Assembly: GCF_009914755.1 (NCBI RefSeq)
Contig: NC_060931.1
DNA: 64,000 nucleotides
Source of the DNA: the human T2T-CHM13v2.0 reference genome, Homo sapiens
Strand: one strand, 5' to 3'
The notes beneath the pieces were generated by a model. It worked only from the letters and a program-made list of their open reading frames with translations, had not been told where the DNA came from and did not search any database. Position numbers and translations under genes: made by a program. This document shows, one piece after another, positions 14,651 to 29,131 of the stretch; position 1 is the stretch's first letter; every line of letters starts with the position of its first letter.

Positions 14651-17044
14651 AATTCTACTTGTTTAAAATTTCCATTGAAAGCTCTGCTCTTGTCTGCAGC
14701 TGATCTGGGTGCAATGATTGTGGCATGCATTCAGTGGAACGTTTGCTCAACTTTAATTCTTCAGTCGGAATTGTGAAGCTGAACCAATTGAGATGAGTAT
14801 AGTGCTGGTTTTTATCTGTGCTGTTAATCATTTTATTTGTGCTGTGTTTATCTGTGTTAATCATTTTATCTGTTTTATCTGTGCTGTTAATCTGTCCTCT
14901 CAAGTTAAGTCATGAACAAGATTAATTTTTTTCCTCACGAACTGATGTGGATGATCCGCCACTGCAGGCTTTATCCTCCAGATCCTCTTGTCCCTTCGTA
15001 AAATGAGTTACCCATTTGTAAACTGCTGCTTTCTTTGGGGCATTGTCCCAAAAAACTTTTCATAAAGCACCAACGATTTTACCGTTCTTCCACCTAAGCT
15101 TCACCATAAATTTGATATTTGTTCTTGCTTCAATTTTAGCAGAATTCAAGTTGCTCTGGTCTCTTTTCAAACTGATATCTTATCCTTTTTAGTGACTCAA
15201 ACTCGGATCCTGTTCAGACATGTTATAACAAGTTAGTACCATTTTTTAAATGCGAAAACCTTGAAATTCATGCTTGTTTCTAAAATAATACGCATTGTTT
15301 ATGAACTTTTGGGAAGATCCCTTATGTGTATGTGTCTGTGTAAAAACTGAAGCTACAATTATCAATAGTCCTCAACCCATCTTTTCTTCAGAAATGATAC
15401 ATTTACAAAAGCCTCTACAAAGTCTTTATTAATTTGAATGATGTTATAAATTTGGTGCTTTCTTGAATTTCTTAATATTCTTTTCTTGTATTTTTTTCAT
15501 TTCTCTAATTGGTCCATTTCAAAGACCGTAAAACTTAAAGGTAGGCGAAGCATCCTAATTCTCTCATGAATTAGCTTCTGAAAAAGACCTCTAGACCTCC
15601 TTTTGTTTAAAAAAAAAAAAAAAATCTAGAGTAAAGCACTGATAGCATCAATTACATTGTTTTTTTCTTTTTTAAGTCATGGAAAAGTTTATTCAAGTGT
15701 ATGAAGAATATTATCATGTAAACCAGATGAAAATCAAACTTCTCTGATGAGGATGTGAAAGCGTCTAAGAACCCTACTTATTTACATTACCCACATTTCT
15801 CATGCCGTTGTTTCCATCAAATCCCCACCCAAAAGGATTATTCAAAATTATTAGAAATCCACTTAGTTGAATTAGAAAACCTGTGGATTTAACTATTTCC
15901 AGCTTCATTTACTGACCTAAAGTTCTAAGTACAAAACTTAGTTTACATTTTAATGATTCACCTGAAAACCAGTCCAATATTTTAGCACATTTCTAATTAA
16001 TAATTTACAATAATTAAATAAAATGTTATCTATATTTTGTTCCTGCAAGGCTTCAGGACAAAGTAACATAACAATACAACACTAGGTAGTTTCATATTTC
16101 TGTTCTAAGGGAGCCAGAATTTGAGATACAGTAGCTTATAGCCTCATAAATTAAAGTAGATTCTTTTCTGTGTGTGACAGCCAAGAGAAAGTATAAGATT
16201 CGTAAGTTATTTTATTTAATTCAAGTCAAAACAAGACTGGATGCACAAAATGAATGTGTTGTGTTATTAATATTCAGAACTTGTCTTAAGAACTCTAGCT
16301 CCATCAGAACATTTAAATTTTAAATCATTGTTGAGAGGACATTGGTATACTCTCATTTTGTGTCAATGGCAATTCAGCATCATGGAGTAAAAAAAGCACT
16401 CAGCCCAGAAAAGGTAAAACAAATGCCTAGACGAAATAAGGTACAGAGATGCTTTGGGCAACCATGTCATGAGTATTCTGATGCTCAGTTTAATTTTTGT
16501 TTCATTAGACCCAGATGGTGCAGTTTCTCAACATACCTAGTAGAAAAGCAAGAGCAAGATGTTCACAAACTAACAGACTTCCAGTGATGAAAATGTGACT
16601 GTTAATTGCAAGGTTTTATTTCCAGATGTTCAGATAGCTGAATGCTTTTCAGACAGCACAGAAAGCTTGGCAGAATAGTTCCAAGAAAGTAAAATAAGAC
16701 AAGAGATAAAAAAAATACTAAAGTTTGAGAAATATAAAACTACCATAAAGGACTGAATATCCAAAAAAATCTTACTGATGGGAACATCTGGAAGATATGT
16801 AGAAGAAGATGCAGCAGGAAATAGAACCACTAGTAGTTTAGGTTCGTGTATGGAAGATAAAACTCATCATAATTGGTTTAAATTGTATGGTAAAATATAC
16901 AATATCTTTCTTTTATTAGGCCTTTAATATGAATATCAATAATTCAAGAAGAAAACTAATTTAATATATAGGTACATGTTTAAATAAGTAAAATGATTCT
17001 CTGCAAAAAGTATATGGTTCTTATCTGTTTAAAAAAGTGCTCCT

Positions 17045-17260
17045 AACCACATGGACATAAACATGGGAACAGTAGACACTGTGGACTCATACAGTGGGGA
17101 GGTAGAAATGTGTGTGAGTGGAAAAGCTACCTATTCAGTATTATGCTCACTACCTGGGTGATGGGATTCATACCCCAAACCTCCACATCAAGCAATATCC
17201 CCATATAACAAACTTGCACTTGTACTCCCTGTATCTAAAATAAAAGTTGAAATTTATTTA
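17045..17260 (+). mobile_element. 5'-truncated L1 3' end (L1PA15/16 or L1PB-like)
   Basis: TGCTCACTACCTGGGTGATGGG...CCCCAAACCTC...TATCTAAAATAAAAGTTGAAATT; TSD approx AAAA(G)TGCTCCT. Confidence 0.85.
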
Positions 17261-17679
17261 AAAATGCTCCTTTAGTTCATCATTCTTCCAAAGAATTCCA
17301 CCAATGAAGAATATTGCTTTATCTTTAAGGACAGTTGCAAATGTCTGTGTGTATATATTTTCTATAAAAATTAGTTTCCTCATATGTATAAATATTTCTC
17401 AGCAAATACCATTGAAGGACTTGAATTCATCTGAAGTCGATTTGTGAACATGCTAAGAAATCAAATATGGGTGGCCTTTGGAGAAGTCTAAGAGTATAAT
17501 TTTCATGAATTGTGATGACCAAACACTATTATACCCATATCTGTAAAACAATTTTTAAAGTATGTTCCCCCAGTATAGTGTATTAATTTTGGCAATAAAG
17601 AATAAACTTGTACTTCTACTTTAGGGTTTGAACTACATTGTAAAATATATTTTAAAATATCACTTAAAATGAAAAAGGT

Positions 17680-18350
17680 GGCTTCTGGGACAGATGTAAC
17701 ACGTTGTGGTAGGCCAACGCATCTGCCACAGCAGATGAAAATAATAGATAATTTCTAAAATCAGAATTTTGAGAATATCAGAGTACTCTATGTGAGTGAA
17801 GACTAGGTGAAATAGAATTCCAGAAATGAAAGAGACTTTCCTAGGAGAGCTACAATCTCTAGACCTCCAGCTGTTTTCTTTCCTGGTGGCATTTAGAAAA
17901 TACTGGTGTGAGGTGAGAATAGTTTGGTTTAGATAGGGGAACTTTGCTGTAGGAAAGAGAAGCCAGCAGAGCTTTTAACAGTTGCATAGTTTTAAATTTA
18001 GATTGACGCTTGAGGAATCCCAAATATATGGCCGGCATTCACTCTGACATATTTGCAGGCTTGTGGAGTGGTATGGGAGACTGGAGACTGAGTTGGAGGC
18101 ATCTTTAAAAGACAGTGAAATATTCTGTATTTTGAAACATCCTCCTGGAGGAACTGCTTGCTTATCTCTGCCTCAAGATACATGTTGGATTTTGAACCTC
18201 CATGGCCTGAAAGGCTAAAAAGCTAATCTCAAAACCTGTTAATGGGGGAAATGAGTCTCCTACAATGTTTCACAGCCAAGGAAGCAGAGATTAGCTAGGG
18301 ACTCAATCAAAACTTAGATGAAGACCTAATTAAAACCCAAATTCACCTAG
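17680..18350 (+). mobile_element. Ancient L1M 5' region fragment
   Basis: GGCTTCTGG...TGTGGTAGGCCAAC...GAAAATAATAGATAA pattern of old L1M 5' UTRs; probably continues at 20110. Confidence 0.45.
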
Positions 18351-18356
18351 ACTACC

Positions 18357-20108
18357 GTTTCTTTTTCTTTCATCACTTTAAATAATTGATTCCACTCTCT
18401 TCTTGCTGGTGGTTTCTGAAGAGAAATTTGATGTAATTTTTATTCTGTGCCTAGAGAGGTAAGCAATTATTTTCTCTTCTGGCTTCTTTCAATATTTTCT
18501 GTTTGTCGTTGGCCTTTTGAAACTTGAATATGATAAGCCTAGATGTAGACCTTTTAGTGTTTATCTTGTTTAGTGTTCTCTGAACTATGCTAATCTGTGA
18601 TTTGGTGTGTGATTAAGTTTGGAAAATTTGGAGCCATTATTTCTTCACATTTTTGTGTTCCTCTTTCTCCTGTCTCCTTCTGGTTTTCCTTCTGGTATGT
18701 GAATGTTACATCTCTCGTAATCATCCTGAAGTTTTTGGATCTTCTATTACTTTTTTGCTGCTATTGTTCCTTTTTGTGTTTGGTTGGCTTTGTTCAGTCT
18801 TCTGATCAGGGCATCAAAAGCATTCTTCATTTCTGTTCACAGTGTTTATTTCTAGCATTTTAATTCTCCCTTAGTGTTTCTATCTCTCTGCTTATGTTAC
18901 CAATCTGTTCTTGCCTATTGCGTGTGATTTTTCTTTAGAGCTTTTAGTATATTAATCATAGTTATTTTTGATTCCAAGCCCGAGAATTCCAAAATCTCTG
19001 CAATCCATACCTATGTCTTGTTCTGAAACTTGCTTTGCCTCTCCAGACTATGTTTTAGCATGCCTTGCATTTTTTTTTCTTGAAAGCTATACATAATGTA
19101 TCAGGTAATAAGAACTAAGTCCACACTAAATAGGACTTTGGTGTGAAGTTTATGTTTATCTAGCTAGGAGTTAGGCTGTGCTTAACGTTTGATGTAGTTG
19201 TCAGAAGTTTCCTCTAGACTTAATTCCTTTGTCTTCCTTGTTGTGTTTGAGTTTACATAGAAACTGTATTTTTCACCTCTCTCTGTTATAAGTCTACTAT
19301 TACTGGATTTCTGTAGAAAGTATATCTTTTACCTCTCTGTTATAATTCACTATTACACTGGGCTCTGTTGATGTGGTGGTAGGCATAGGGGAGGCGAAGC
19401 TTTTCTACAGTGCGTGTTTTATTTAAATCTCAGATTTTTTTTAGTAGGCCTGAATCCCTGGGATGTGACTTTCCGAAGAGTTTCTTAGTCTTTGTTTTTC
19501 CCTCTCTTTATTTGAAACAGGAAGAATAGCATGGACTGGAGTTGTTTCATTGACCTTCTAGGTCAGATAAGGCTCTGGTAAAGTAGTTTGCCTTCAGGGT
19601 AGGCCTCTGATATGGAGAATTGAATGTTCCAGGCATATTTAAAAGTGTTTACTTTTTCCTTGTGTGTTTTCCAAAGTGGTTACTTTTCCTTCTCCCTTCC
19701 AGAAGCACAGAGAGTCTGTTCTCTGTTCTTTATCAGGAGAATCAGTTGCGACTTCTGGAGGTAAAACTCATAAAAATGTGAGGAACCTTCCAAAAATTGT
19801 CCTGCCAGGAATTTTAACCCTCAAACTAGTCATGCTCAGCCCCCGGCAATTTGTTAACTATCATTTCAGCATTCTTTTAAGTTATTAGCTCCAGCACCTT
19901 ATTCTTCTAGTAAGCTGAACTCAGCTCTGATATTCTATTTGTTTGTTTGTCTCTATAATTTTCAGGGTTCGGGGTTGTCCTGTCATCCCAGTTCTCTGAA
20001 AGCTCTAAGAATAGCTGTTGATTTTCAGTTTGTTCAGCTTTTTTCTCATTGTGAGCATAGAAATGATGACTTTTAAGCTAATTAAATATCATAGCTAATA
20101 CTGAAGAC
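18357..20108 (-). mobile_element. L1MD-like 5' UTR/ORF1 fragment
   Basis: TTCCACTCTCTTCTTGCT...TTTCTGAAGAGAA, AAGTTTGGAAAATT, and terminal GATGACTTTTAAGCT...GAAG motifs of old L1M 5' ends. Confidence 0.7.
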
Positions 20109-20109
20109 T

Positions 20110-20620
20110 TATGGATGATTTTCAACAGAAACTATGGAAGCCAGAAGACAGTGGAATAACATGTAAAATACTGAAAGAAAAAGTAAATATCAACTCAAAA
20201 TTCTATAACCAGCAAAAATATATTTATAAAACAATGAAGGCATAGTTAAAATGTTTTCCAACAACAAGAAATTCTCTTACCAGCAATTTCACATTAAGAA
20301 ATAAAGGATAAAGGAAAAAAGATCCTAAGTCTGAAGTATGAAACTATAGGTGAAAAAAAAGTAAAGGGTATTATAAAGTTTACAGATGTGGGCAAATGGA
20401 AAATAATATTATATTTTTAAAACTTCCTGCTTGTTTGTGTGTGTGTTTGCGTATAAGACATTTTATAGGAAGTAGAAAATTTCTAGTTTAAAATATATTG
20501 TAATAATTTAAAGATGTATATTGAGAATGTTAGGCCAATGCCTAATATGATAGCGTAAAAATGTAAAATCATAAAGCTAAAAAATGAGAAAAAATGATTA
20601 TTAAAAAGGGAGAGGTTGAA
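20110..20620 (+). mobile_element. L1M ORF1 C-terminal fragment
   Basis: TTTTCAACAGAAACTATGGAAGCCAGAAGACAGTGG (FSTETMEARRQW) and AAAATTCTATAACCAGCAAAA. Confidence 0.8.
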
Positions 20621-21729
20621 ATAAGCACATATACAAGTTTTACTATTTTATTTTGCATTCTGCTGTATCATCTTGTGTATCCATTTTGGTTCACATACTC
20701 CAGTCTGGAGACCATTGGTTAAAAGAACCCAGTATTAGACTGTGAAATCTTGAATGCATTTGATTGTTCCTCTTCTATGGTATTTTGAATCCCCTTTGTT
20801 TAAACAACAATTATTGAAGAAGTGGTTGACATTTATTTTGTAAAAAGAACTTCATATTAACAATATATATGTTAAGCAAATAAATATCAAATGTAGATGG
20901 CTGGTTTACACTTCTACAATAATTCTATGGTAACAGTTGCAATTGCAATTAGTATATCTAAAGTCAGGTTACATGTGAGACAAATTTACAAAATTATTGC
21001 TAGTTTTTGTTGCTTTCCAAAATAAACATAAACTATAAATAATTTTGGATTATTTAAAAAATGTCATCTATAACATTTACTAACTGGTTTTAGTGCCAAA
21101 ACCTTGAATTTTCTGTGACCTTTAAGTTAGTAAATCTAGAAATGCAATTTTTATGTGAGGTTCTTTGTACTAAATTATTTTCTGTGGCTGTGGTAACAAA
21201 TTGAGGAAATGTGTTCTCTTATTATGTTCCATTCATTCAAACAATATTTGTGAAAATACTTATAAATCACAGTGAGGGAATAAAGCAAATGCTTAAGAAG
21301 TATTCCAATGCTATTCTGATTGCTAAGTGATCATCTGTATGTTTTCTTTCTCATATAGAAGATCAGGTAACAGCTAGATGGTAATACAGTTTAAGCTAAG
21401 TCCTTTTGAGAGACAATCCATTTTCTAGTGAAATGATCAGGGAAGGTTGTGAAGATGTACCTTTTCTTACTTTTAAAATATATATTAAAATTTTTTCACA
21501 TTTAATGATAATTGTACAGTGAGATTTTTCATTATAGGAAAGAAACTCATATATTTAGAACAAAATATAAAAATCCTCCTTCAGTCCCCCCAGTTGCTAT
21601 CTTCTCAGAGGTAACCACTTATCAAATTCTGGAGTGCCTTACATTTCTAACCAGGCAATCGCACATTCTGCAAACAAGGTAGTTGTATCTCTTCTTTTCC
21701 AATGTTTATACCAATTGTATTAGACTTGT

Positions 21730-22622
<893 letters not shown>

Positions 22623-22629
22623 TAAAAAG

Positions 22630-23470
22630 GTGGTTATAATAGAGATTTCTTATATGTCTAAAAAATAACTTTATTGGCCTGTTCATTCAAATTATAATTT
22701 TTATGTATAGACTTATAAATTCAAAGTATTTTTACTCTAAAATGTAAAATGTTTTGGTCTGACTTCCTGTTTGTGATGAGAAGTCTAATGTCAATTTTAT
22801 TGTTTTTTTAAGGGATCATATACTATTCCTTTTAGAAGACTTTAAAATTTTCTTCTTGTCCTTAGCTTATTACCTTTATTGTTTTATTCTTAACTTTAAT
22901 GGAAGGTATCTTTATGTAAGGCTTTTGTTCTATAATATGTTCCAATTTTGTTTCTGATATTCTCTTTCCATCTGAAGACTTGAGTCTTTCTTCAGCTTGA
23001 AAATAAAATATTCTCTAGTGTTTCTTTCTCACTTTTAAATTTCTTCCTTTCATTCTTCCCTTCTAACAATTTTCTGGGGACTTGATGTTGGAGTTCCTAA
23101 ATACATACTTTATGTCTTTCAAACTTGACATTAACCATTTTCATCTCTTTGTGTTTTGCCTCTATATTCTAGAAATGTATTTGATTTAAATTTTCACGGT
23201 ACTGATTTAGTACTGATTTATTCTTTATCCATTTATTGTATTGTTTGGCTTTTTAGTAAATTTTTAACTTTGGCAATAATATTTATTTATTTTTTCTCAT
23301 ACTGATTCTTTTGCATAATCTCATCTTCTCTTATTAGTCTTATGGTGTTAACAGTAACTTCCCCAATAACTTCAAAAAATTGTAATTTTTAAATTTGTGT
23401 CTATTTCTTCAATTATATTCCTTTTCTATATGCTTATTTGTTCTGTTTATTTTTCTCAGTCCTTCTCTTT
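22630..23470 (-). mobile_element. Old L1ME/L1M fragment
   Basis: T-rich antisense L1 ORF1-region motifs (TGATGAGAAGTCTAATGTCAAT, TCCATCTGAAGACT...TCTTTCTTCAG). Confidence 0.55.
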
Positions 23471-24861
23471 TCCATGGTGACAGATAAAACTTAATCATTT
23501 GCTAGGTTTTGCTTAAGCAATAAGGAGTATTTTTGACTTTTATAAATGGAATCCCTAGGAGTGATGAAGCATGCTGAAACAAGATCTCTGTCTTCCATTT
23601 CAAATCTCTGTTTTCTTATAGGTTCTTTTTATTTTCAGACAGCAATCTCATAGTGTAGAGATAGCCTCTGCCAATTCCAGGCTGGTATAATACCATCTAA
23701 CAACACCAAAACACTAGCTTTTCTTTTGACAACTTCAGCAAATATTCCAGAAAATAATCTGTTCAGCCTGATTTAGATCACATACCATAAGTTCATTATA
23801 AAAGAATTACCACGAAAATACATGTTAAGTATAACACATTTCAATCCTAAATCAAACATAATATTCTTTTCAAAAATAGTCCTCCCACTCTTTTCAAACT
23901 ATGAGATAGATTTTTTCAAAGTCTTGGGTTATAGAAATCAATCGTTTTTTTCCAATGAGATTTAAAAAGTAAATGTTTCTTTTTCAAATTGCTGTCACTC
24001 AAGGCTTTAAAATTCTGCCTTTTGATATATTACGATATCACAAATGAGTTTTTTTTCCATTAGAATAAATGCCAAGATATTAGACAGTTCTCTTCATAGA
24101 ACACAGATGAAAGGGTGAAACCCTGTGAAAATGTAAAATGTTACCACTTATTTATATCTTCTATCTTTGAGCGTTTATTCCTGAACCCACATGGACTACT
24201 AGAACAAAATACAGACTGAAAACTATAAGAAATCATTATTTTTTTTACTATAATTGGTTCATAAGTTCACATTTATTATAGGGTTTAGTTTGAGTTCTGT
24301 AAACTTGAAAAGATCATATATAACTTATTTCTTAAAAGAATGGTTATTTGGTATAACCTAATCCATTTACTATCAGATCTATAAATTATTCAAAGTTTAA
24401 AACATCAGCAGAGTTATAGATTAAATGGTATTGATTTAGGGTAGGAGGACTAGCTTATTGGAAAGGGAAATATTTTCAGTACAAAGAGATTGCTACCAAC
24501 TAGTGAGAAGTTGAAGAAAGAACTGTGGAGATCAGCATGAACCTGGGACAATTGCATAAGGAGAAGAGCTCTAACCTAGAGATAAAAAGCCTATTTCAGA
24601 AAAGGATCAAAGTGCTGATGAGAGAAAAACTGCAAAGAGCAAATTGCTGGAGGAGATCATAGAAATAAGCTTTCTCCTCTTGAAATGAACTTGCTGAAAT
24701 TTTGTTGTACCATTCAAAAATGCTTTAAATACATCATTGAAGGGTTTCTTCAGAGATTCTAACAGCCAAAAGTTCTTTGGTTGAAAGAGAGAGAAGAAAA
24801 GGTTTTATTATGTAATGTGCTATGCTTGCTTTGGAAAACTTTGCAGGTATTGAATATCTAT

Positions 24862-24897
24862 TGTGTGTGTGTATATATATATATATATATACATGCA
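24862..24897. repeat. (TG)5(TA)10 compound microsatellite
   Basis: Directly visible. Confidence 0.9.
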
Positions 24898-25073
24898 AAA
24901 AAATGGTACGCAGGGACACACTCTATGTAACCAAACAATGCTAATTCAAGTGAGGAAAAAAGTGCATTCTGAGGTGCAGGCTAGAAGATAGATATAATCA
25001 AATGTAGGTTACTCTTGACATGATAGATTTAACACACTGCTTAAGATGATTGTTGAGAGATTCCATAGGTCTG

Positions 25074-25456
25074 TGTATTAATCCATTTCTGTGTATAGAT
25101 TACCACAGACTGGTAATTTATATAGGAGAAAGATTTATTCAGCTCATTGCTGTCGAGGCTGAGAAGTCCAAGAACCTGGTACTGGCATCTTGTGAGGCCT
25201 TCTTGTTGCTTTATTTCATGGAAGAAGGGTAAATGAACATGCAAGGTAGAGAGAGGAGAAGGTGGGTCAAACCTGTTCTTTTTATCAAGAGCCCAGTCCC
25301 AAGATAACTAACCCATTCCTTGACAGCAGCATCAATCTATTATTGAGGGTAGAGCCCTCACCCTCTAATCATCTCTTAAATGTTCCACATCCCAATACTG
25401 TTATTCTGTCAATTAAATTTCAACATGAGTTTTGAAGGGGGCACTCAAATGATAGA
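25074..25456 (-). mobile_element. MST-family MaLR solo LTR (MSTC/D-like)
   Basis: TGTATTAATCCATTT start, GAGGCTGAGAAGTCCAAGA, GAGGGTAGAGCCCTCA, AAATTTCAACATGAGTTTTG. Confidence 0.85.
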
Positions 25457-26214
25457 TGTCTATGTTATATAGAAATTTGTAATTTAGCTAATTACGAGCT
25501 TGAGCAACTAAAAGCAAAAGGCTACAGTGTAGAAATGAGCTCCAGGTAGCGAGTGAGGTGACCACTGAACACCCACATTTCATTGTGGCTTTACGTTCTC
25601 TTCTAAAATGTACAGCATACAAAATTCCAGTAGAGAGCTAAAAAAACTCTGTTTGTTTATAAAAATGACTCTGGAATCAAATCCAGGTGCCAGTGGTGGA
25701 GCTTTATTAAAAGTATTAATGGCTGTATCCACAAATTAACAGTTTCAATAAATTAAAAATGAGTATGTCAAATTATATGGCAACATGAAAATTTGAAGTT
25801 ATCAATCCTACCATAAGTACTATATGAAAACAAGAAAAACTGATTGTGAACCTGATTCAGCAAATGTTCCAAATAGTACAAAATTTGTTCTTGTTGTGAA
25901 AGATAAAACTTTGGTAAAAATCTGAAAAAGCAATTAACTCGTAATATGAAACATGTAACTTTAGAAGAAAATGTGCTTTAGGAGACATTTATTTTAATAG
26001 CTGTGTAAATACACTGTGGTCCCATATTATAGATGCATTTAAAGTCTGAAGGTATCACTGACATCTTTCAGTTATATTCCATTGCATTTGAAAAAATAAA
26101 ATTCATGCTTCTGGAATATGAGAAGTTTTCAGAAAGCACTTTACCAGAATTTGGAGGGTGTTCTATATTCACTTACCATTATCAGGAAGAATTCATAATG
26201 TCGTATAAATAAAA

Positions 26215-26375
26215 CATGATTAGAATCCAGGAAATCTGGATTCTAGGCTTGATTTTACTATGGGCTAGATGTGTAATTTAGTTCAGCCCATTTGATCTTT
26301 CCCTGCTTTCTACCCTTTCTCTTTTAACTGTAGGGAGTGAAGTAGTAAAGTAGATGTAACCCTTCTAATTCTAAG
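26215..26375 (+). mobile_element. MIR/MIR3 fragment
   Basis: AGAATCCAGGAAATCTGGATTCTAGG...AACTGTAGGGAG...CCTTCTAATTCTAA. Confidence 0.5.
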
Positions 26376-27524
26376 TTGCTATGCTTCCTCTGATGTTCTT
26401 TGTACACAAAAGAAGTTATCAATGTCCCAAAGTGTGTGCAGATGATTATAAGCCACTTCAGCTGCTCCTCACTTTGCATGTTGGCAGCACTACAACTAAA
26501 AAAAGCTTTTCTCCATGAGATGAGTAAGAGATTGAGATCCATCTACTCTGTGAGCAGACTGGCTTCTCTCCTCTCTGCCATACGCCCTCAGAATGAGTGG
26601 GATGTGACTGCCAAGCCAAACTTGATGAAACTGTGTATTTGAACATTAGCCTAAAATACAGAAAAAGTTAAATGCTATTACAACTGCCTACAGTTCCATC
26701 TACCCTTCAACTAAGTATTCATTGATGGGGTTCTGTCATTTTAATACATTTTGGTATTCAAATATTTCTGTAGCTTTCCCCCCTCATCCTTTTATCCTTA
26801 AGAATAATGTTTGTGGCATTTTCTTTGATCTTTGAAGACATGTAAAGAGGAGGAAGTAATGGGTTTCATAATACAAACCATTTATGCTCTATATTCATCT
26901 GTGACTTTTGTTAGAGAGAATTAAAGAAGAGCAAGAAATCTAGAGCTCGTGTCAACCCCATGCCTTCGCCTAAAGTCCCAAGACAGATGTCAAGATAAAG
27001 TTTTATGATACATTTAATTTTAAAGGGCAGAAACTTTTATAATGCTTCTTGATAGCTAAGATGTTTAATCACTGAAACAGAATGGGTTTTTCAGTCAGGC
27101 TTCAAGGATCCGTTCAGGTCTGACCACATTTGTGAATCTGGACTGTTGCTGCTGAGCAGATGTAGTTGCTCATTTCCCCCTGTGTTCCCTGTTCCACAGT
27201 CCATTTTGGATACGTTCACTGTAGCACCATCACTATTAAATGAAATCTATCGACTTAAATGCTTACAAATACAATGGAGCAGTTTTTGAGGACAGACTTA
27301 CTCACTTTTTTCTAATCTAGCACATATTAGGTACTTTATAAATGAAGGTTGAATAAACGTATGGGGCATGCTTCCCAAATTCTGGTTGTACCCTCCGGAA
27401 TTTCTTTTAAGGATCTGCAATAGATGATGGTGGCGCTTTGCCCAACAAACTAATTGTCAGAATTTAAGAGACATTGAGGTTGTTTTTCTGAAAATGAGAG
27501 AAAACTATTCTAGCTAATGTTTAT

Positions 27525-27768
27525 TATAGCAAATCTTCATATACAGCCTAATTTATGCCAGGCTATGTCCTAAATTCTTCATATGTATTAACTAATTTAG
27601 TCCTTACTCAAACATACGTGAAAGATAGCATTATGATTCCCACTTTATAAATAAGGAAACACACACCAACAGGCTAAATAACTTCATCAGTGCCACACAG
27701 AAATTGGTAGACTCAGGATTCCAAGGCATGCAATCTTGTTTCGGCATTCATGTTCTTAACCATTATAT
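27525..27768 (-). mobile_element. MIR SINE
   Basis: ATGCCAGGC...ATTCCCACTTTATAAATAAGGAAAC...AGGCTAAATAACTT...CATGTTCTTAACCATTAT (MIR core). Confidence 0.85.
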
Positions 27769-29131
27769 TCTGGTTCGTTGGAACTATGCTGTCATCAGCC
27801 AGATGGAACCATACTTTTAGAATTAATAAAGCTGACAAATAATTAAGATTGTAATACATTATTCAGAGGAATCCTTAGTTATACCAGTTAATATATTTCA
27901 TTTGAGGTTGTTTATATTATTTAAAAATAATTAGCTCTATAGAATAAATGCAAAGGATTGTTCTAATTAGAAAGAGAACTGGTTTCTTAAACAATCTTTT
28001 GCCTTTGACTTTGGTTTGCAAATCTGAGAAAGTGTACTACTCAGCCCTGCCACATAGTTATTGTAACTTAAGTTGTAGAATCAATGAGCAATTCAAGGAA
28101 GCTTTGAAAATTGTTGCATGGCTAGCCACTCATGATTTTTGTTTTCCAAATTGCCTCACTGACCTCCCTATACTATGCTGGCTGCCTAGTGATCGTTGTC
28201 AACACAAGAACAGTGAATGTATGACAATATGGATTTCGATGGTCCAGATATTGAAAATAATTTGGACAATTAAGAAGAGCTAATAACTGGGACTCCCTGT
28301 AACTCTAACAAGCAGATCGCTACATTGTATTTCAGCATTGAGGGGAATGTATTGTTAATCTAAGGTTGCCTAAAGGAATGAAAGAAAAGGAGAAAAAAAA
28401 GCCAAAAGTAAACATGCATTTGGCCTTTACTGTAAAACATTTTGAATTTTCTAGGTCCAGAAGTTATTACAATATTGAGCAAATTATGAATATATATTAT
28501 GTGGTATATATATATATTTTTTAACTCAAAAAAGTGTTAATAAAGCTGTCAGACTTAAGGGGCATATCCTAAATTGTGGAAGGATTTCTTATTTCTTCAA
28601 CTTCAGCTTCCTCTTTGTAAGCCCTAACTACTGTAAATTAGTATCTCAGTACTTGACTTCAGGACTTGACAGGATTTATAGTAGTTATAAGTTAAATTCC
28701 TTTTAGTGAATAAATTACATTTTCATTACATTGAGTGCTAAATTTTGTTTTGCTTAAGAAAAAATAAAGTCACTTAAGGTACTCTACGTATAATAATTTT
28801 TTAATTTGGAAATTGAAGTTGATATTATTAACATAAAATGTTGTTTACCAAAGTTCAATAGGTACTGTATTTAGTATAGGAGATTTGCGGCACGATAGTC
28901 ATCTGTGATAAATTACTTTTCTCTACAAATTATTTCTCCACTATTGATACATATTTAGAGTATACTCTAACAAAACTGAACTAATGTCTGTACTGAAAAT
29001 GGCATTTGCAGAGGCTGATTTATTAGTTTTTAAACTGCTAAATACATTGTCTAACAATAATGCTATTTAAATCACTATGCCTGAAATAAATATTTTAAAT
29101 TACAGACTATGAATAGAGCAGTGAAATTATT

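Larger units (their letters stand above)
13344..15324 (-). mobile_element. Full-length HSMAR2 mariner DNA transposon (dead)
   Basis: TIR CGAGGGGACTTCAAAAAGTT at 13344 and degenerate ATGAACTTTTGGGAAGATCCCT at about 15301-15322. Transposase peptides [26 protein letters not shown]...WDAEGIFLVDFLEGQRT and YSPDLVSSDF. Start codon mutated to TTG (15149-15147); stop at 13728-13726. Confidence 0.95.

Noticed and set aside
14123-14903. Mariner transposase ORFs as an active or domesticated transposase (SETMAR-like)
   Set aside because: Start codon lost, catalytic aspartate mutated, stops and an Alu insertion. SETMAR derives from HSMAR1, not HSMAR2.
27948-28283. 111-aa ORF in unique sequence
   Set aside because: No recognisable homology, splice context or codon bias; the length is within chance expectation for 64 kb.
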